A stretch of 64,000 nt of DNA from Candidatus Limnocylindria bacterium (GTDB lineage Bacteria; Chloroflexota; Limnocylindria; P2-11E). Below are positions 1 to 10,914 of this stretch, in pieces (position 1 is the stretch's first letter; each line of letters begins with the position of its first letter). The stretch is taken from assembly GCA_036001645.1 (NCBI GenBank), contig DASYUC010000003.1:21439-85438 (forward strand), given 5' to 3'. The position numbers and the translations under genes were made by a program. Under the pieces are notes generated by a model. The model was not told the origin of the DNA. It saw nothing but the letters and a program-made list of their open reading frames with translations, and ran no database searches.

Positions 1-27
1 GGTCCGGACGGCGAAACCACGCTCGGC

Positions 28-666
28 GTGATGTCGAGCCTGTTGCGACCGGCGCGCATGTGGGCGGCGGCCGTCGCCTTGGCGGCGTTCGGCATGCTGC
101 TGCTCTTCTCGTTCAACGTCGCCGGTCTCGGTTTCCTCATCGGCAGCGGGGCGCTCGTGATCGCCACCGGTAACGCCCTGGTGCGGAGTCGAAGGCGACT
201 GCTCGCGTTCCTCTGCGCGGCACTCGTGACGCCGCTCCCCTTGCTCGCGATGCAGCTCGTCCTGGTCGCGACGGACACCGTCGGGCCGGACCGGCGCTAC
301 GAGATCCCGGCGGCGTACCGCGGCTGGGTGATCATCCAAGAAGCAACGCCGGAATGTCCGCCACTCGGCACCGATGACGGAACGCTGGTGTTCTCCATCG
401 ACCAGCGCGGATGTGGCTGCACGTCCGGGACCGGCCCAAATGGTTGGAGCCACTGGACGTACGTCGCGGTCGCGGCCGACGGTGGCCGCACCATGCTGCC
501 GGACACGGGCTGGGGCGGCGGCGGGCTCATCTGGGCAGGCTTCTCCGGGTCAGGGACCATTCACGCCCACCCCTATTCCGGTTTCTTCGTCGGGACCGAG
601 GACGAGCTGCAACGATCGTGGACTGACCAGCGATCGCAGGAGACACGTTGCCTGCAGCGCACATGA
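28..666 (+). CDS. hypothetical membrane protein (N-terminal TM helices, Gly/Trp-rich C-terminal domain)
   Basis: 212-aa ORF with hydrophobic helices (AAAVALAAFGMLLLFSF, LVTPLPLLAMQLVLVA) and sensible composition; no family recognised. Confidence 0.4.
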   Translation: MMSSLLRPARMWAAAVALAAFGMLLLFSFNVAGLGFLIGSGALVIATGNALVRSRRRLLAFLCAALVTPLPLLAMQLVLVATDTVGPDRRYEIPAAYRGWVIIQEATPECPPLGTDDGTLVFSIDQRGCGCTSGTGPNGWSHWTYVAVAADGGRTMLPDTGWGGGGLIWAGFSGSGTIHAHPYSGFFVGTEDELQRSWTDQRSQETRCLQRT

Positions 667-724
667 GGGCGACGTTGACGACGCTCTTTGGACTAAACAT
701 TTCGTCGTAGCGGCGCATTAACGA

Positions 725-1219
725 GTGTTGGATCAAAGCAGCGGCCCGAACGCGGAGCGCTGGGAGCGCCTCTATCGGGAGGAGGCTCCGCGCGTCTTCC
801 GCGCGCTGCTCGCCACGCTCCGTGACCGCGACGCCGCGCGCGACGCGTTGCACGAGGCGTTCCTCGCGGGACTGGAGCGTCCACCGGCGCGTGACGAGAA
901 CCTCGCCGGCTGGCTCTTCCGGGTCGCGCTGCGGAAGTCGCGCCGCGGTCCGTATCGGCCGCTGCTGTCGGGGATCGCCGACGCGCTGTGGCCTGCCGCC
1001 GGGAACGACGAGATCGCGCGAGCGCTCGACCGCCTCGAAGCGGGTCGCCTCCTGCAGCTGTTGACGGAACGGCAGCGCGCCATCGTCATCGCGCAGTACT
1101 ACCTCGGGCTCGAGCAGGCTGAGATCGCGCGTTTGTTCAACGTGCGCCGCGGCACGGTCGCCGCGACCCTGACCCAGGCGCTCGCACGCATGCGACGGGG
1201 AGGACAACATGCCATCTGA
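725..1219 (+). CDS. ECF-type RNA polymerase sigma-70 family sigma factor
   Basis: Region-2-like N-terminus (ERLYREEAPRVFRALL...) and region-4 HTH (ERQRAIVIAQYYLGLEQAEIARLFNVRRGTVAATLTQALARMRRG); GTG start. Confidence 0.85.
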   Translation: MLDQSSGPNAERWERLYREEAPRVFRALLATLRDRDAARDALHEAFLAGLERPPARDENLAGWLFRVALRKSRRGPYRPLLSGIADALWPAAGNDEIARALDRLEAGRLLQLLTERQRAIVIAQYYLGLEQAEIARLFNVRRGTVAATLTQALARMRRGGQHAI

Positions 1220-1868
1220 ACATTTCGCGACGATCTTTCAACGCGACCTCGACAGGCTCGATGGCCTCGCCGATCACGAGTGGATCCCGCGGGCGGCTGC
1301 ACATCGGCGCATGACCTGGGGCGGCGTCGTCGCATCCGCCGCGATCGCCGTCGTTGTCGCGGTGGTCGCTCTGAGCGCTCAGGCGGCGCGGGAGGCGCAG
1401 CTCACCCAAGACGACGCCGCGGCTACTTCGAGCCCGGACTTCGTCCTCGGGAGTCAGGGTGCCGCGGGTCCTTCGCCGAGCGCGAGCCCGGTCGCAAGCT
1501 CCAACGCGTGGCTCACCGCGGCACCCACATGTCCACCGGGTCGGATCTTGGCCCTCGACATCACGCAGCCACCGCCACCGGGCAGCGTGCCGGGAACCGG
1601 AGCGACCGGTCCGGAGGAGGCGTTCCGGAAGTCGTACCCAACGGTGACCGAGTTCAAGATGTTCCCGATGGGCGGATCGTCGGTGTGGATCGTTGCCGGC
1701 GGCCAGACATACATTGCCTATCGAGTGGGTTCACCCGGTAACTACGACTGGTTCGCCTATCCGGCGAAGGTAATCGAATGCAGAACGCCGACGAACCCAC
1801 GCACGGCTCCGCCAACGACTCCCCAGCCAGGCGGCTCGCCCTCATCAGGGCCGAAGACCGTTGGGTAG
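1209..1868 (+). CDS. putative anti-sigma factor (single-pass membrane protein with Pro/Ser-rich periplasmic domain)
   Basis: Overlaps sigma gene end by 11 nt; cytoplasmic N-terminus, one TM helix (VVASAAIAVVVAVVALSA), extracytoplasmic domain; position typical for cognate anti-sigma. Confidence 0.5.
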   Translation: MPSEHFATIFQRDLDRLDGLADHEWIPRAAAHRRMTWGGVVASAAIAVVVAVVALSAQAAREAQLTQDDAAATSSPDFVLGSQGAAGPSPSASPVASSNAWLTAAPTCPPGRILALDITQPPPPGSVPGTGATGPEEAFRKSYPTVTEFKMFPMGGSSVWIVAGGQTYIAYRVGSPGNYDWFAYPAKVIECRTPTNPRTAPPTTPQPGGSPSSGPKTVG

Positions 1869-1874
1869 TACGTC

Positions 1875-2552
1875 TCAGAGAAAGTTGAAGAGCTGCGGCA
1901 GGCGCGCGAACTGACCGGACACGAGGACAAGTCCCATCACGATCACGAGCGTTCCGCCCGCGAGATTCAGGACACGGATACCGCGAGCGAGCGCACGCGT
2001 GACGCGACGCGTTCCACCGATGCCCGCAGCGATGACGAGGAACGGCACGCCGAGGCCGAGCGCGTACGCGAGCAGCAGCACCGCGCCGGACGCGAGGTCC
2101 TCGTTGAGGAGCAGGTCGAGGATCAGGGCGAGGTACGGGCCGACGCACGGCGTGAAGCCGATGCCGAAGGCGAGACCGATGAGGAACGACCGCGGTAGAC
2201 CGGTCGTGTTGCCTTCGAGACGCAGGTCGAGCTCGCGCATGAGGAACGGGATCGTGATGAGGCCGACCATGTGCATCCCGAGCACGATGAGGAGGATCCC
2301 GCCGATCCGCTGCAGCCAATAGACGAGGTCGCCGGCGAGCGCGCCGACGAGCGCGATCGCGACCCACAGCAGCGTGAACACGAAACTGAAGCCGAGGACG
2401 AATGCGACCGCGTGCGCGACCGTGCGCGCGCGTTGCGTACCAGCCAGCGCCGCCTCACCGGCCATGTTCACCAGGAATGCGGGCACGAGCGGGAGGACGC
2501 AGGGCGAGAGGAACGAGAGAATGCCCGCGCCGAACGCGATCACGACGTTCAT
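1875..2552 (-). CDS. ccdA: cytochrome c-type biogenesis / thiol-disulfide electron transfer protein CcdA (DsbD transmembrane domain family)
   Basis: Six-TM protein with the two conserved Cys motifs SPCVLPLVPAFL and FTPCVGPYL. Confidence 0.85.
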   Translation of the reverse strand: MNVVIAFGAGILSFLSPCVLPLVPAFLVNMAGEAALAGTQRARTVAHAVAFVLGFSFVFTLLWVAIALVGALAGDLVYWLQRIGGILLIVLGMHMVGLITIPFLMRELDLRLEGNTTGLPRSFLIGLAFGIGFTPCVGPYLALILDLLLNEDLASGAVLLLAYALGLGVPFLVIAAGIGGTRRVTRALARGIRVLNLAGGTLVIVMGLVLVSGQFARLPQLFNFL

Positions 2553-2660
2553 TCGGCCAGCGTAGCCAACGGTCGCGCTTCGGTGTCGCCCTGTTCAGTA
2601 AGTCTTCCTTTTCGCCTCCCGTGAGCGCACCATCCGCTGTCTCGACTGGGCGGAGATGAG

Positions 2661-4916
2661 ATGAGTCAGACGGCAGATCGCAGCACGCAGCGCGACGACG
2701 ACACGGCGCCCAGCGGCGCCGCGGTAAGCCCGCGCCGGCTGCTCAACGCGCTGCGCGAGGTCGCGCTCATGGCGACCCGGGCGCACACGCCATCGGAGGT
2801 CGCGCTCGTCGCGGCGACGCAGCTGTGTCGGCTTCTCGAGTGCGACGACGCGGTCGTCCGCTGGTGGAACGCCGACCGCGACCGGCTCGTGCTTCTCGCC
2901 GATACGCGCCCCGACCGCAGCGGCCGCGCGGGCGATATCGCACGCGGTGAGGGTGCAGTGGGCATCGCGTTCTCGAGCGCATCGCCCGTCGTCGTCGAGG
3001 ATTACGCGCGCTGGGAGCACCAGGTGTCGTCGTCGATCGCGGTCGGCAGCGGCGTGGCGGTGCCGATGCTCCTGCAGGACTCGGCCGTCGGAGCGCTCGC
3101 CATCTATTCGCGCGAGTCGCGCCGCTACAAGGAGGCCGAGGTCCAGCTTCTGGCTCTGTTCGCGGCACAGGTCACACCGGTGATCGAGGCGGCGCTGCTG
3201 CGCATCGCGTCGCAGCGCGAGACGAACCGCGTTGCGGCCTCAGACCGCCAGCTGCGTGACATGCTCGACGCCGCGCTCGACGCACACGTCGTCATGGACT
3301 CGCACGGGCGCATCACCGAGTGGAACGCACAGGCGGAGGCGATGTTCGGGTGGCGACGCGACGAGATCGTCGGCAAGGAGCTCGCGGACACGCTCATCCC
3401 GCCCGCCCTCCGCGACATGCACCGGACCGGGCTCAGCCACTACCTGAAGACCGGCGACGGACCGATCCTTGGTCGTCGCGTGGAGCTCGAGGCGCTGCGG
3501 AAGAACGGACTCACCTTCCCCGTCGAGCTCACCGTCGCGCCGATCGGCACCTCCGAAGGACCCTCGTTCAGCGCGTTCCTCCGCGACATCAGCGAACGAC
3601 GCCAGGTGGACGAGCAGCTCCGGCGGCTCGCGCTGCACGACGCGCTCACCGGTCTTCCGAACCGGCTCCTCCTCTACGACCGCGCGGAGCAGGCGTTCGC
3701 TGTTGCAAAGCGGGCGAAGTCTTCCGTCGCGCTCCTCCTCATGGACCTCGATGGCTTCAAGGACATCAACGACGCGTACGGGCATCACGTTGGCGACAGC
3801 CTCCTGCAGGAGGTCTCGATACGCCTGCGTGTCCCGCTGCGCGAGGCGGACACCGTCGCGCGGCTCGGTGGCGACGAGTTCGCCGTGCTGCTGCCCGACA
3901 ACGACGTCGCGAACGCGCTCGCCACAGCGAAGCGGCTGCGCGAGTCGCTCGAGGTCCCACTCACGATCGAAGGCGTGCGGATGCCGCTCTCATCGAGTGT
4001 CGGCGTCGCGCTCTTCCCGGAGCACGGTGAGGATCCGCTTACGCTGCTCCGGCGCGCGGACATCGCGATGTACTCGGCGAAGCGCCGAGGCGTGGGCATC
4101 GCGCTGTACGAAGAGGGCAGCGACCTCGAGGGCGCGGCGCGCCTCGGTCTCGCGTCGGACCTGCGTGATGCGCTCCGTGACGGGCAGCTGCAGCTGAACT
4201 ATCAGCCGGTCATCGACCTCGTCTCGCGGCAGGTCTGCATGATGGAGGCGCTGGCGCGCTGGAACCATCCGCGACTCGGGCTGGTCGCCCCACTCGAGTT
4301 CATCGCATTGGCCGAGCGCACGAGCATCATGCCGCAGCTCTCCTCGTGGGCGCTGAAGACCGCACTCAGCAAGGCGGACGAATGGCAGAAGCGCGGGATC
4401 GCGATCGCGGTCAACATGGCCGTCTCGGACCTCTCGGATCCGACATTCCCCGATCGCGTGCGCGCCGCCCTCGAGGAGTCCGGTCTCCCGCCGGCCGTCC
4501 TGCACCTCGAGGTCACCGAGAGCGGCGTCATGAGCGAGCCCGAGCGCATCCTGACGTCCCTCGAACGCCTGCGGGACATCGGCGTGCGGCTCGCGATCGA
4601 CGACTTCGGCACGGGTTCCTCCTCGCTCGCGTATCTCCACCGCCTGCCGATCCACGCCTGCAAGATCGACCGTTCGTTCGTTCGCCGTTTGACATCGGAG
4701 GCGTCGAGCGTCGCGATCGTGCGCGCCACCATCGAGCTCGCCCACGCCCTGAACCTTCGAGTGATCGCCGAGGGTGTCGAGGACAACGCGACGCTCGAGG
4801 TCCTGCGAGCGATGGGCTGCGACCGCGCGCAGGGATTCTTCATCTCCGAGCCGCTGGCCGACAGTGCCACCGAGGCTTGGCTCGCGACATCATCCTGGGC
4901 GGGTGCCGGCGCGTAA
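2661..4916 (+). CDS. GAF-PAS-GGDEF-EAL signalling protein (diguanylate cyclase/phosphodiesterase)
   Basis: GAF-like N-terminus, PAS (HGRITEWNAQAEAMFGW), GGDEF (RLGGDEFAVLL), EAL (EALARW...DDFGTGSSSL). Confidence 0.9.
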   Translation: MSQTADRSTQRDDDTAPSGAAVSPRRLLNALREVALMATRAHTPSEVALVAATQLCRLLECDDAVVRWWNADRDRLVLLADTRPDRSGRAGDIARGEGAVGIAFSSASPVVVEDYARWEHQVSSSIAVGSGVAVPMLLQDSAVGALAIYSRESRRYKEAEVQLLALFAAQVTPVIEAALLRIASQRETNRVAASDRQLRDMLDAALDAHVVMDSHGRITEWNAQAEAMFGWRRDEIVGKELADTLIPPALRDMHRTGLSHYLKTGDGPILGRRVELEALRKNGLTFPVELTVAPIGTSEGPSFSAFLRDISERRQVDEQLRRLALHDALTGLPNRLLLYDRAEQAFAVAKRAKSSVALLLMDLDGFKDINDAYGHHVGDSLLQEVSIRLRVPLREADTVARLGGDEFAVLLPDNDVANALATAKRLRESLEVPLTIEGVRMPLSSSVGVALFPEHGEDPLTLLRRADIAMYSAKRRGVGIALYEEGSDLEGAARLGLASDLRDALRDGQLQLNYQPVIDLVSRQVCMMEALARWNHPRLGLVAPLEFIALAERTSIMPQLSSWALKTALSKADEWQKRGIAIAVNMAVSDLSDPTFPDRVRAALEESGLPPAVLHLEVTESGVMSEPERILTSLERLRDIGVRLAIDDFGTGSSSLAYLHRLPIHACKIDRSFVRRLTSEASSVAIVRATIELAHALNLRVIAEGVEDNATLEVLRAMGCDRAQGFFISEPLADSATEAWLATSSWAGAGA

Positions 4917-4937
4917 CACCACTACGGGAGGTCTGCG

Positions 4938-5369
4938 GTGTGGCGCTACGCGGTCCTTTGTCTCGCCTTCGCCGCGTTCGCGGCGTCGTGCGGCGCTCCG
5001 AGCCCGACCGCGCCGACAGCGGCCGCGCCGACGGCGGTCGCGACGACCGCGCCCGCCGTGACGACCGCCACCACCGCGCCCGCGGTCACGGCATCGCCGA
5101 CCCCGACCGCGGCCGTCGCGGTCATCGAGATGGGCGACAACTTCTTCGACCCGGCGCAGCTGACGGTGAGGGTCGGCACCACCGTTACCTGGAAGGTCGT
5201 CGGCCAGTCCACGCACGACCTGGTGGCACGAGACGGGTCTTTCGCCAACAACACGATGTCGTTCGGCCAGACACTGTCGTTCACGTTCACCAAGGCCGGC
5301 CGCTACGGGTACGTCTGCATGCAGCACGAGGGCGACGGGATGATCGGCGAGGTAACGGTCGTCGACTGA
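4938..5369 (+). CDS. cupredoxin (plastocyanin/azurin-like) copper-binding lipoprotein
   Basis: Signal peptide with lipobox (AASCG), Thr/Ala/Pro linker, C-terminal type-1 copper ligand pattern (H...YGYVCMQHEGDGM). Confidence 0.8.
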   Translation: MWRYAVLCLAFAAFAASCGAPSPTAPTAAAPTAVATTAPAVTTATTAPAVTASPTPTAAVAVIEMGDNFFDPAQLTVRVGTTVTWKVVGQSTHDLVARDGSFANNTMSFGQTLSFTFTKAGRYGYVCMQHEGDGMIGEVTVVD

Positions 5370-5433
5370 GCGAGCAGTGGCTGGCACTACCTCTGCATTG
5401 GGGTCGGGCATGTCAATCAAGGGACACCGGGCG

Positions 5434-5622
5434 ATGTCGGCGCTTATCGAGCGGTTCTGCGACGGACACTGCGAACGCGATCCGGAGGGTCCGCTGGTGA
5501 CCACCGTCGAAGGCGGCTGGGCATACTGCGCCGGACACGGCGAATCTGGCCACCAGTGGCGCGCCATCGATCCTCGGCCGCGGCAACAGCTCGAAGCTGA
5601 CATCGCCGCCGGCCTCGTCTAG
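5434..5622 (+). CDS. small Cys/His-containing protein, paralog A (unknown function)
   Basis: 62 aa from internal ATG (MSALIERFCDGHCERDPEGP...GGWAYCAGHGESGHQWRAIDP); clearly homologous to the ORF at 10494..10733; the longer 5377 start is possible. Confidence 0.45.
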   Translation: MSALIERFCDGHCERDPEGPLVTTVEGGWAYCAGHGESGHQWRAIDPRPRQQLEADIAAGLV

Positions 5623-5629
5623 GAGCTCC

Positions 5630-6778
5630 TTAGCCGATCGCCTCCGCCAGGTCCTCGATCAGGTCGTGCACCGTCTCGATGCCGACCGAGAGGCGAACGA
5701 GCCCGGCCGGCGGCGCGAGCTTCGTGCCGCGCACCGAGCCGTGCGTCATCGCGAGCGGGACCTCGATGAGTGATTCGACGCCGCCGAGCGACTCCGCCAG
5801 GGCGAAGATCTTCGTGCGCGCCGCCATCCGCTTCGCGGCGGCCTCCCCGGTCTTCAGCTCGAACGACAGCATCCCGCCGAACGCGCGCATCTGGCGCTTC
5901 GCGAGGTCGTGCTGCGGATGCGAGCGCAGACCCGGGTAGTTCACGCGGGCGACTTTGGGATGCTCGCTGAGCCACTCCGCGACGGCCTGGCCGTTCGCCG
6001 AGTGACGCTCCATCCGCACTCCCAGCGTCTTCGCGCCGCGGAGGACGAGCCAGGCGTCGAGCGGCCCGGGCACGCCGCCGACGGCGTTCTGCAGGAACGC
6101 AAGACGCTCCCGAAGCTCCCCCTCATTGCCGATGATCGCGCCGCCGACCACGTCGGAATGCCCGCCGAGGTACTTGGTCGTCGAATGGAGCGCCAGGTCC
6201 GCGCCGTGCGCGAGCGGGTTCTGGAGGTACGGGCTGGCGAACGTGTTGTCGACGACCGCGAGCGCCTTTCGGGTGTGCGCGATGTCAGCCAGTGCCTGGA
6301 TGTCGAGCACCTTCAGGAGCGGGTTGGTCGGCGTCTCGATCCAGACGAGGCGCGTGGTCTTGCGCATCGCCTTTCGCACACTTGCGTGCTGGCGCATGTC
6401 CACCGCCGTCGTGGCGACCCCGAGCTGCTCGAAGACGCGGACGAAGAGGCGGTAGGTCCCGCCGTACACGTCGTCACCCATCACGACGTGGTCGCCGGCC
6501 CTCAGGAGATGCGCGATCGCGTCGGTCGCGGCCATGCCCGAGCCGAACGCGAGCGCCCAGCGACCGTCCTCCAGCGCCGCGAGACACGTCTCCAGCGCGG
6601 TCCGCGTCGGATTGCCGGTCCGCGCGTACTCGTAGCCCTTGTTCTTCCCCACCGCGACCTGGGCGAAGGTCGAGGTCTGGAATATCGGAACGGTAACAGC
6701 GCCGGTGAGCCCCTCGGGCTCCTGGCCGGCGTGGATCGCGAGGGTATCGAAACCGGGCTTGCGCTTCCGCGTCGGCAC
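5630..6778 (-). CDS. Cys/Met-metabolism PLP-dependent enzyme (cystathionine gamma-synthase/gamma-lyase family)
   Basis: Full-length match to the trans-sulfuration PLP fold, incl. STTKYLGGHSDVVGG lysine motif. Confidence 0.85.
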   Translation of the reverse strand: MPTRKRKPGFDTLAIHAGQEPEGLTGAVTVPIFQTSTFAQVAVGKNKGYEYARTGNPTRTALETCLAALEDGRWALAFGSGMAATDAIAHLLRAGDHVVMGDDVYGGTYRLFVRVFEQLGVATTAVDMRQHASVRKAMRKTTRLVWIETPTNPLLKVLDIQALADIAHTRKALAVVDNTFASPYLQNPLAHGADLALHSTTKYLGGHSDVVGGAIIGNEGELRERLAFLQNAVGGVPGPLDAWLVLRGAKTLGVRMERHSANGQAVAEWLSEHPKVARVNYPGLRSHPQHDLAKRQMRAFGGMLSFELKTGEAAAKRMAARTKIFALAESLGGVESLIEVPLAMTHGSVRGTKLAPPAGLVRLSVGIETVHDLIEDLAEAIG

Positions 6779-6808
6779 GGCGTTGAGTATGCGGGGTAGC
6801 GTGATGCC

Positions 6809-7177
6809 GTGAGGGATGGAACGGGGCAGCGTCCGCGCGTGATCGTCGTCGAAGACGACGGCGATATCGCGTCGCTCCTCTCCGACATCTTCGAGACGGA
6901 GGGGTACACGCCGATCGCGGTCTCCGACGCCGCTGGCTTCAGCGAACAGATCGATCCCCCGCCCGATCTCGTGGTGTTGGACCTACGTCTCTCTCGCAGC
7001 GGCGCGGAACAGATCCTGACTGAGCTGCGCACGCACGGGATGGGAGACGTTCCGGTCCTTCTTCTGAGCGCAGCCAGCAATCTCCCCGAGCGCGCGCGCG
7101 CGCTTGGCGTCACGTCCTATCTCGCCAAGCCATTCGAGCTGGAGGATCTGCTCGTCGAGGTACGCCGGCTCATCTGA
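6809..7177 (+). CDS. single-domain response regulator (CheY-like receiver)
   Basis: VIVVEDDGDIASLL...DLVVLDLRL...LAKPFELEDL; receiver only, no output domain. Confidence 0.8.
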   Translation: MRDGTGQRPRVIVVEDDGDIASLLSDIFETEGYTPIAVSDAAGFSEQIDPPPDLVVLDLRLSRSGAEQILTELRTHGMGDVPVLLLSAASNLPERARALGVTSYLAKPFELEDLLVEVRRLI

Positions 7178-7244
7178 GTGGCTGCCGTTGGACGGTTGTT
7201 ACACGCGCTGAGCTCGCGGGCCCGCGGAACTGCTGGCGCGCCGC

Positions 7245-8548
<1,304 letters not shown>

Positions 8549-8576
<28 letters not shown>

Positions 8577-9571
8577 CGGCCGCGAGCGTGTGGTTCCCGC
8601 GCGCGCGGGAAGTCGAGCTTCGCGAGGAGACCGTCCGCGGACCGGGACCCGGCGAGGTCCGCGTCCGCGCCATCGCATCGGGGCTGTCGCACGGGACCGA
8701 GATGCTCGTGTTCCGCGGCGAGGTCCCGGCTGATCTCGCGCTGGACCTGCCGACGCTGGCGGGCAGCTACGGCTTCCCCATCAAGTTCGGTTACGCGAGC
8801 GTGGGCCGCGTGGTCGAGGTCGGCGCGGGCACAAATCTCGCGCCAGGCGATCACGTCTTCGTTCATCATCCTCATCAGCAGGAGTACGTCGTCAGCGCCG
8901 CCGCGGCGGTGCGCCTCCCCCAGCGCCTACCACCCGAGCTCGGCGTGTTCCTCGCGAACTGCGAGACGGCGCTCAACGTCGTCCTCGACGCGCACCCGCG
9001 TCTCGGCGAGGATGTCGTCGTCTTTGGCCAGGGCGTCGTCGGCCTCCTCGTGACGCAGCTCCTGGGTCTCGCCGGCGCGCGCGTCACCGCGGTCGAGCCG
9101 ATCGCGCTGCGTCGCGAGCTCGCGCTGCGCTGCGGCGCGGATGAAGCGGTCACGCCGGAAGCCGCGCCGGCGCGGATCGCGGCACGCACGAATGGCCGCG
9201 GCGCGGACGTCGTGATCGAGGCCAGCGGGAACGCGCGCGCGCTGCAGGCCGCGATCGACGCGGCCGCCTTCCAGGGCTCCGTGATCGTGTGCTCCTGGTA
9301 CGGCAGCAAGCCGGTCAGCCTCGACCTCGGTTCGCGCTTCCATCGCGCGCGGCTGCGTCTGGTCAGCTCCCAGGTCTCACAGCTCGACCCCGCGCTTGCG
9401 CCGCGCTGGGATCGCCAGCGGCGATTCGATACCGCCCTCTCGCTGCTCGGCGAGCTCGTCATCGGGCCGCTCATCACGCACCGCATTCCCTTCACTCGCG
9501 CGGCGGAGGCCTACGAGCTCGTTGACCAACGGCCCGAGGAGACCGTGCAGGTGATCCTCACCTACGACTGA
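8549..9571 (+). CDS. medium-chain dehydrogenase/reductase (zinc-dependent alcohol dehydrogenase-like) oxidoreductase
   Basis: GPGEVRVRAIASGLSHGTEM..., Rossmann motif VVVFGQGVVGLLVTQL; alternative GTG start at 8573 overlapping the upstream stop (GTGA). Confidence 0.7.
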
Positions 9572-9578
9572 GCGAGCG

Positions 9579-10574
9579 GTGCTGCTCGTCAACGGCGACC
9601 TCGCTCGCCGGACAGGTGGCAACCTCTATGACCAGCACGTGGCGCACGCCTGCCGGCGCGCGGGCCTGGCGCTTCGGATCGTTCCCGTCGCATCGACGGC
9701 GCAGGCGCGTTCCGCGCTCGCGCGCCTGAAGCCGAGCGTCATCGTGATCGACAGCATCGCGATCCCCGTCGTCGCGCCGCTCGTCGGTTGGGCGCACCAG
9801 GAGCTACGTGCGCGCGTCGTCGCTCTCATGCACATGCCAACGACCGCACGTGGAACGCGCGCGGTCCTGCGAGCGGCCGACCGCGTCATCGCGGTGAGCC
9901 CCGACCTCGCTCGCACGCTCTCGCGAACCGGCGTGCCGCGGTCGCGTCTGGTGGTCATCCCGCCAGGGTCCGACGGCATCCCGCGCGTCTCGCGTCGACG
10001 GCGAGGGGCGCCACGCGATGCTGGCGCGCTCCGGATCCTCGCGGTCGCGAACTGGTCGCCGGCGAAGGGCATCGCGACGCTTGTGGCAGCGGCCGCGCAG
10101 GTGCCGGACGTCCATCTCGATCTCGTCGGTGACGTCGGCGCGGGCGCGTACCCCGACGCCGTGCTCTCGCGCATCAGATCGAGCGAGCTGGGGCCTCGCG
10201 TCCACGTGTACGGCGCGCTCGAGGGGCGGACGCTCGCGCGCCGTTTCGCGGAGGCGGACGTCTTCGCGCTGCCGACGGAGCGCGAGGGTTACGGGATCGT
10301 CTTCGCCGAAGCGCTCCAGCGCGGCCTGCCGATCATCGCGGGGGACATCGCTACGGTGCGGGCGATCGTTGGCGACGCCGGACTGTATGTGCCGCCCCGA
10401 CGGGTGCGGCCCCTTGTGAGCGCACTGCGGCTCATGACCGACGCGTGGCTCCGACGCAGGCTCGCGAGAGCGGCGCGGGTCCGTGCGCGGGCGCTACCGA
10501 CCTGGGCCGCCAGCGGAGCTCGTTTCGGCGACCTCGTCAGAAACGAGATGCGGGCGTCCGTTGCCCGGTCGTGA
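9579..10574 (+). CDS. glycosyltransferase family 4 (GT4, group 1)
   Basis: C-terminal GT-B motif ...EGYGIVFAEALQRGLPIIAGDI...; N-terminal VLLVNGDLARRTGG. Confidence 0.8.
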   Translation: MLLVNGDLARRTGGNLYDQHVAHACRRAGLALRIVPVASTAQARSALARLKPSVIVIDSIAIPVVAPLVGWAHQELRARVVALMHMPTTARGTRAVLRAADRVIAVSPDLARTLSRTGVPRSRLVVIPPGSDGIPRVSRRRRGAPRDAGALRILAVANWSPAKGIATLVAAAAQVPDVHLDLVGDVGAGAYPDAVLSRIRSSELGPRVHVYGALEGRTLARRFAEADVFALPTEREGYGIVFAEALQRGLPIIAGDIATVRAIVGDAGLYVPPRRVRPLVSALRLMTDAWLRRRLARAARVRARALPTWAASGARFGDLVRNEMRASVARS

Positions 10575-10733
10575 TCGCAGTGTCTCTACGGCCGTTGGAT
10601 CGATGCGTGACCATGTATGGCCGTCCGCGCCTCCGGCCGCGCAGTACGCCCACGCGCGCTGCTCAAAAGTGATCGACGGATCGCCACGACGCTCGTGCGT
10701 CCCGATGCACACGAACTCGATCAGCGCAGCCAT
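10494..10733 (-). CDS. small Cys/His-containing protein, paralog B (unknown function)
   Basis: MAALIEFVCIGTHERRGDPS...AWAYCAAGGADGHTWSRIDP aligns residue-for-residue with 5434..5622; GGGAGG SD 8 nt upstream of ATG; C-terminal tail overlaps end of GT4 gene on the other strand. Confidence 0.5.
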   Translation of the reverse strand: MAALIEFVCIGTHERRGDPSITFEQRAWAYCAAGGADGHTWSRIDPTAVETLRSRPGNGRPHLVSDEVAETSSAGGPGR

Positions 10734-10823
10734 CCCGCAAACCTCCCACTGAACCCCTGGTCGTCATGGTCCACCGGAACGAGCGCTGCTGCTTGACGGC
10801 GCGTAATTCGCTGTTTTGCGTTG

Positions 10824-10837
10824 GGCGCAAATGCGCC
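10824..10837. promoter_or_regulatory. perfect inverted repeat GGCGCA-AA-TGCGCC in promoter region of small-protein paralog B
   Basis: Lies in the 180-bp lower-GC spacer between CBS stop and small-gene start. Confidence 0.25.
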
Positions 10838-10914
10838 GAGCGCTGACGACGTCGGCGTCTTGCGCTGCTGGCGCTAATTAAGAGACGACGAAAATGCCCA
10901 CGCGCGATCCGCGC

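Noticed and set aside
4346-5500. 384-aa ORF overlapping the GGDEF-EAL gene end and the cupredoxin gene
   Set aside because: RRDRGR low-complexity, no start context, overlaps two supported genes.
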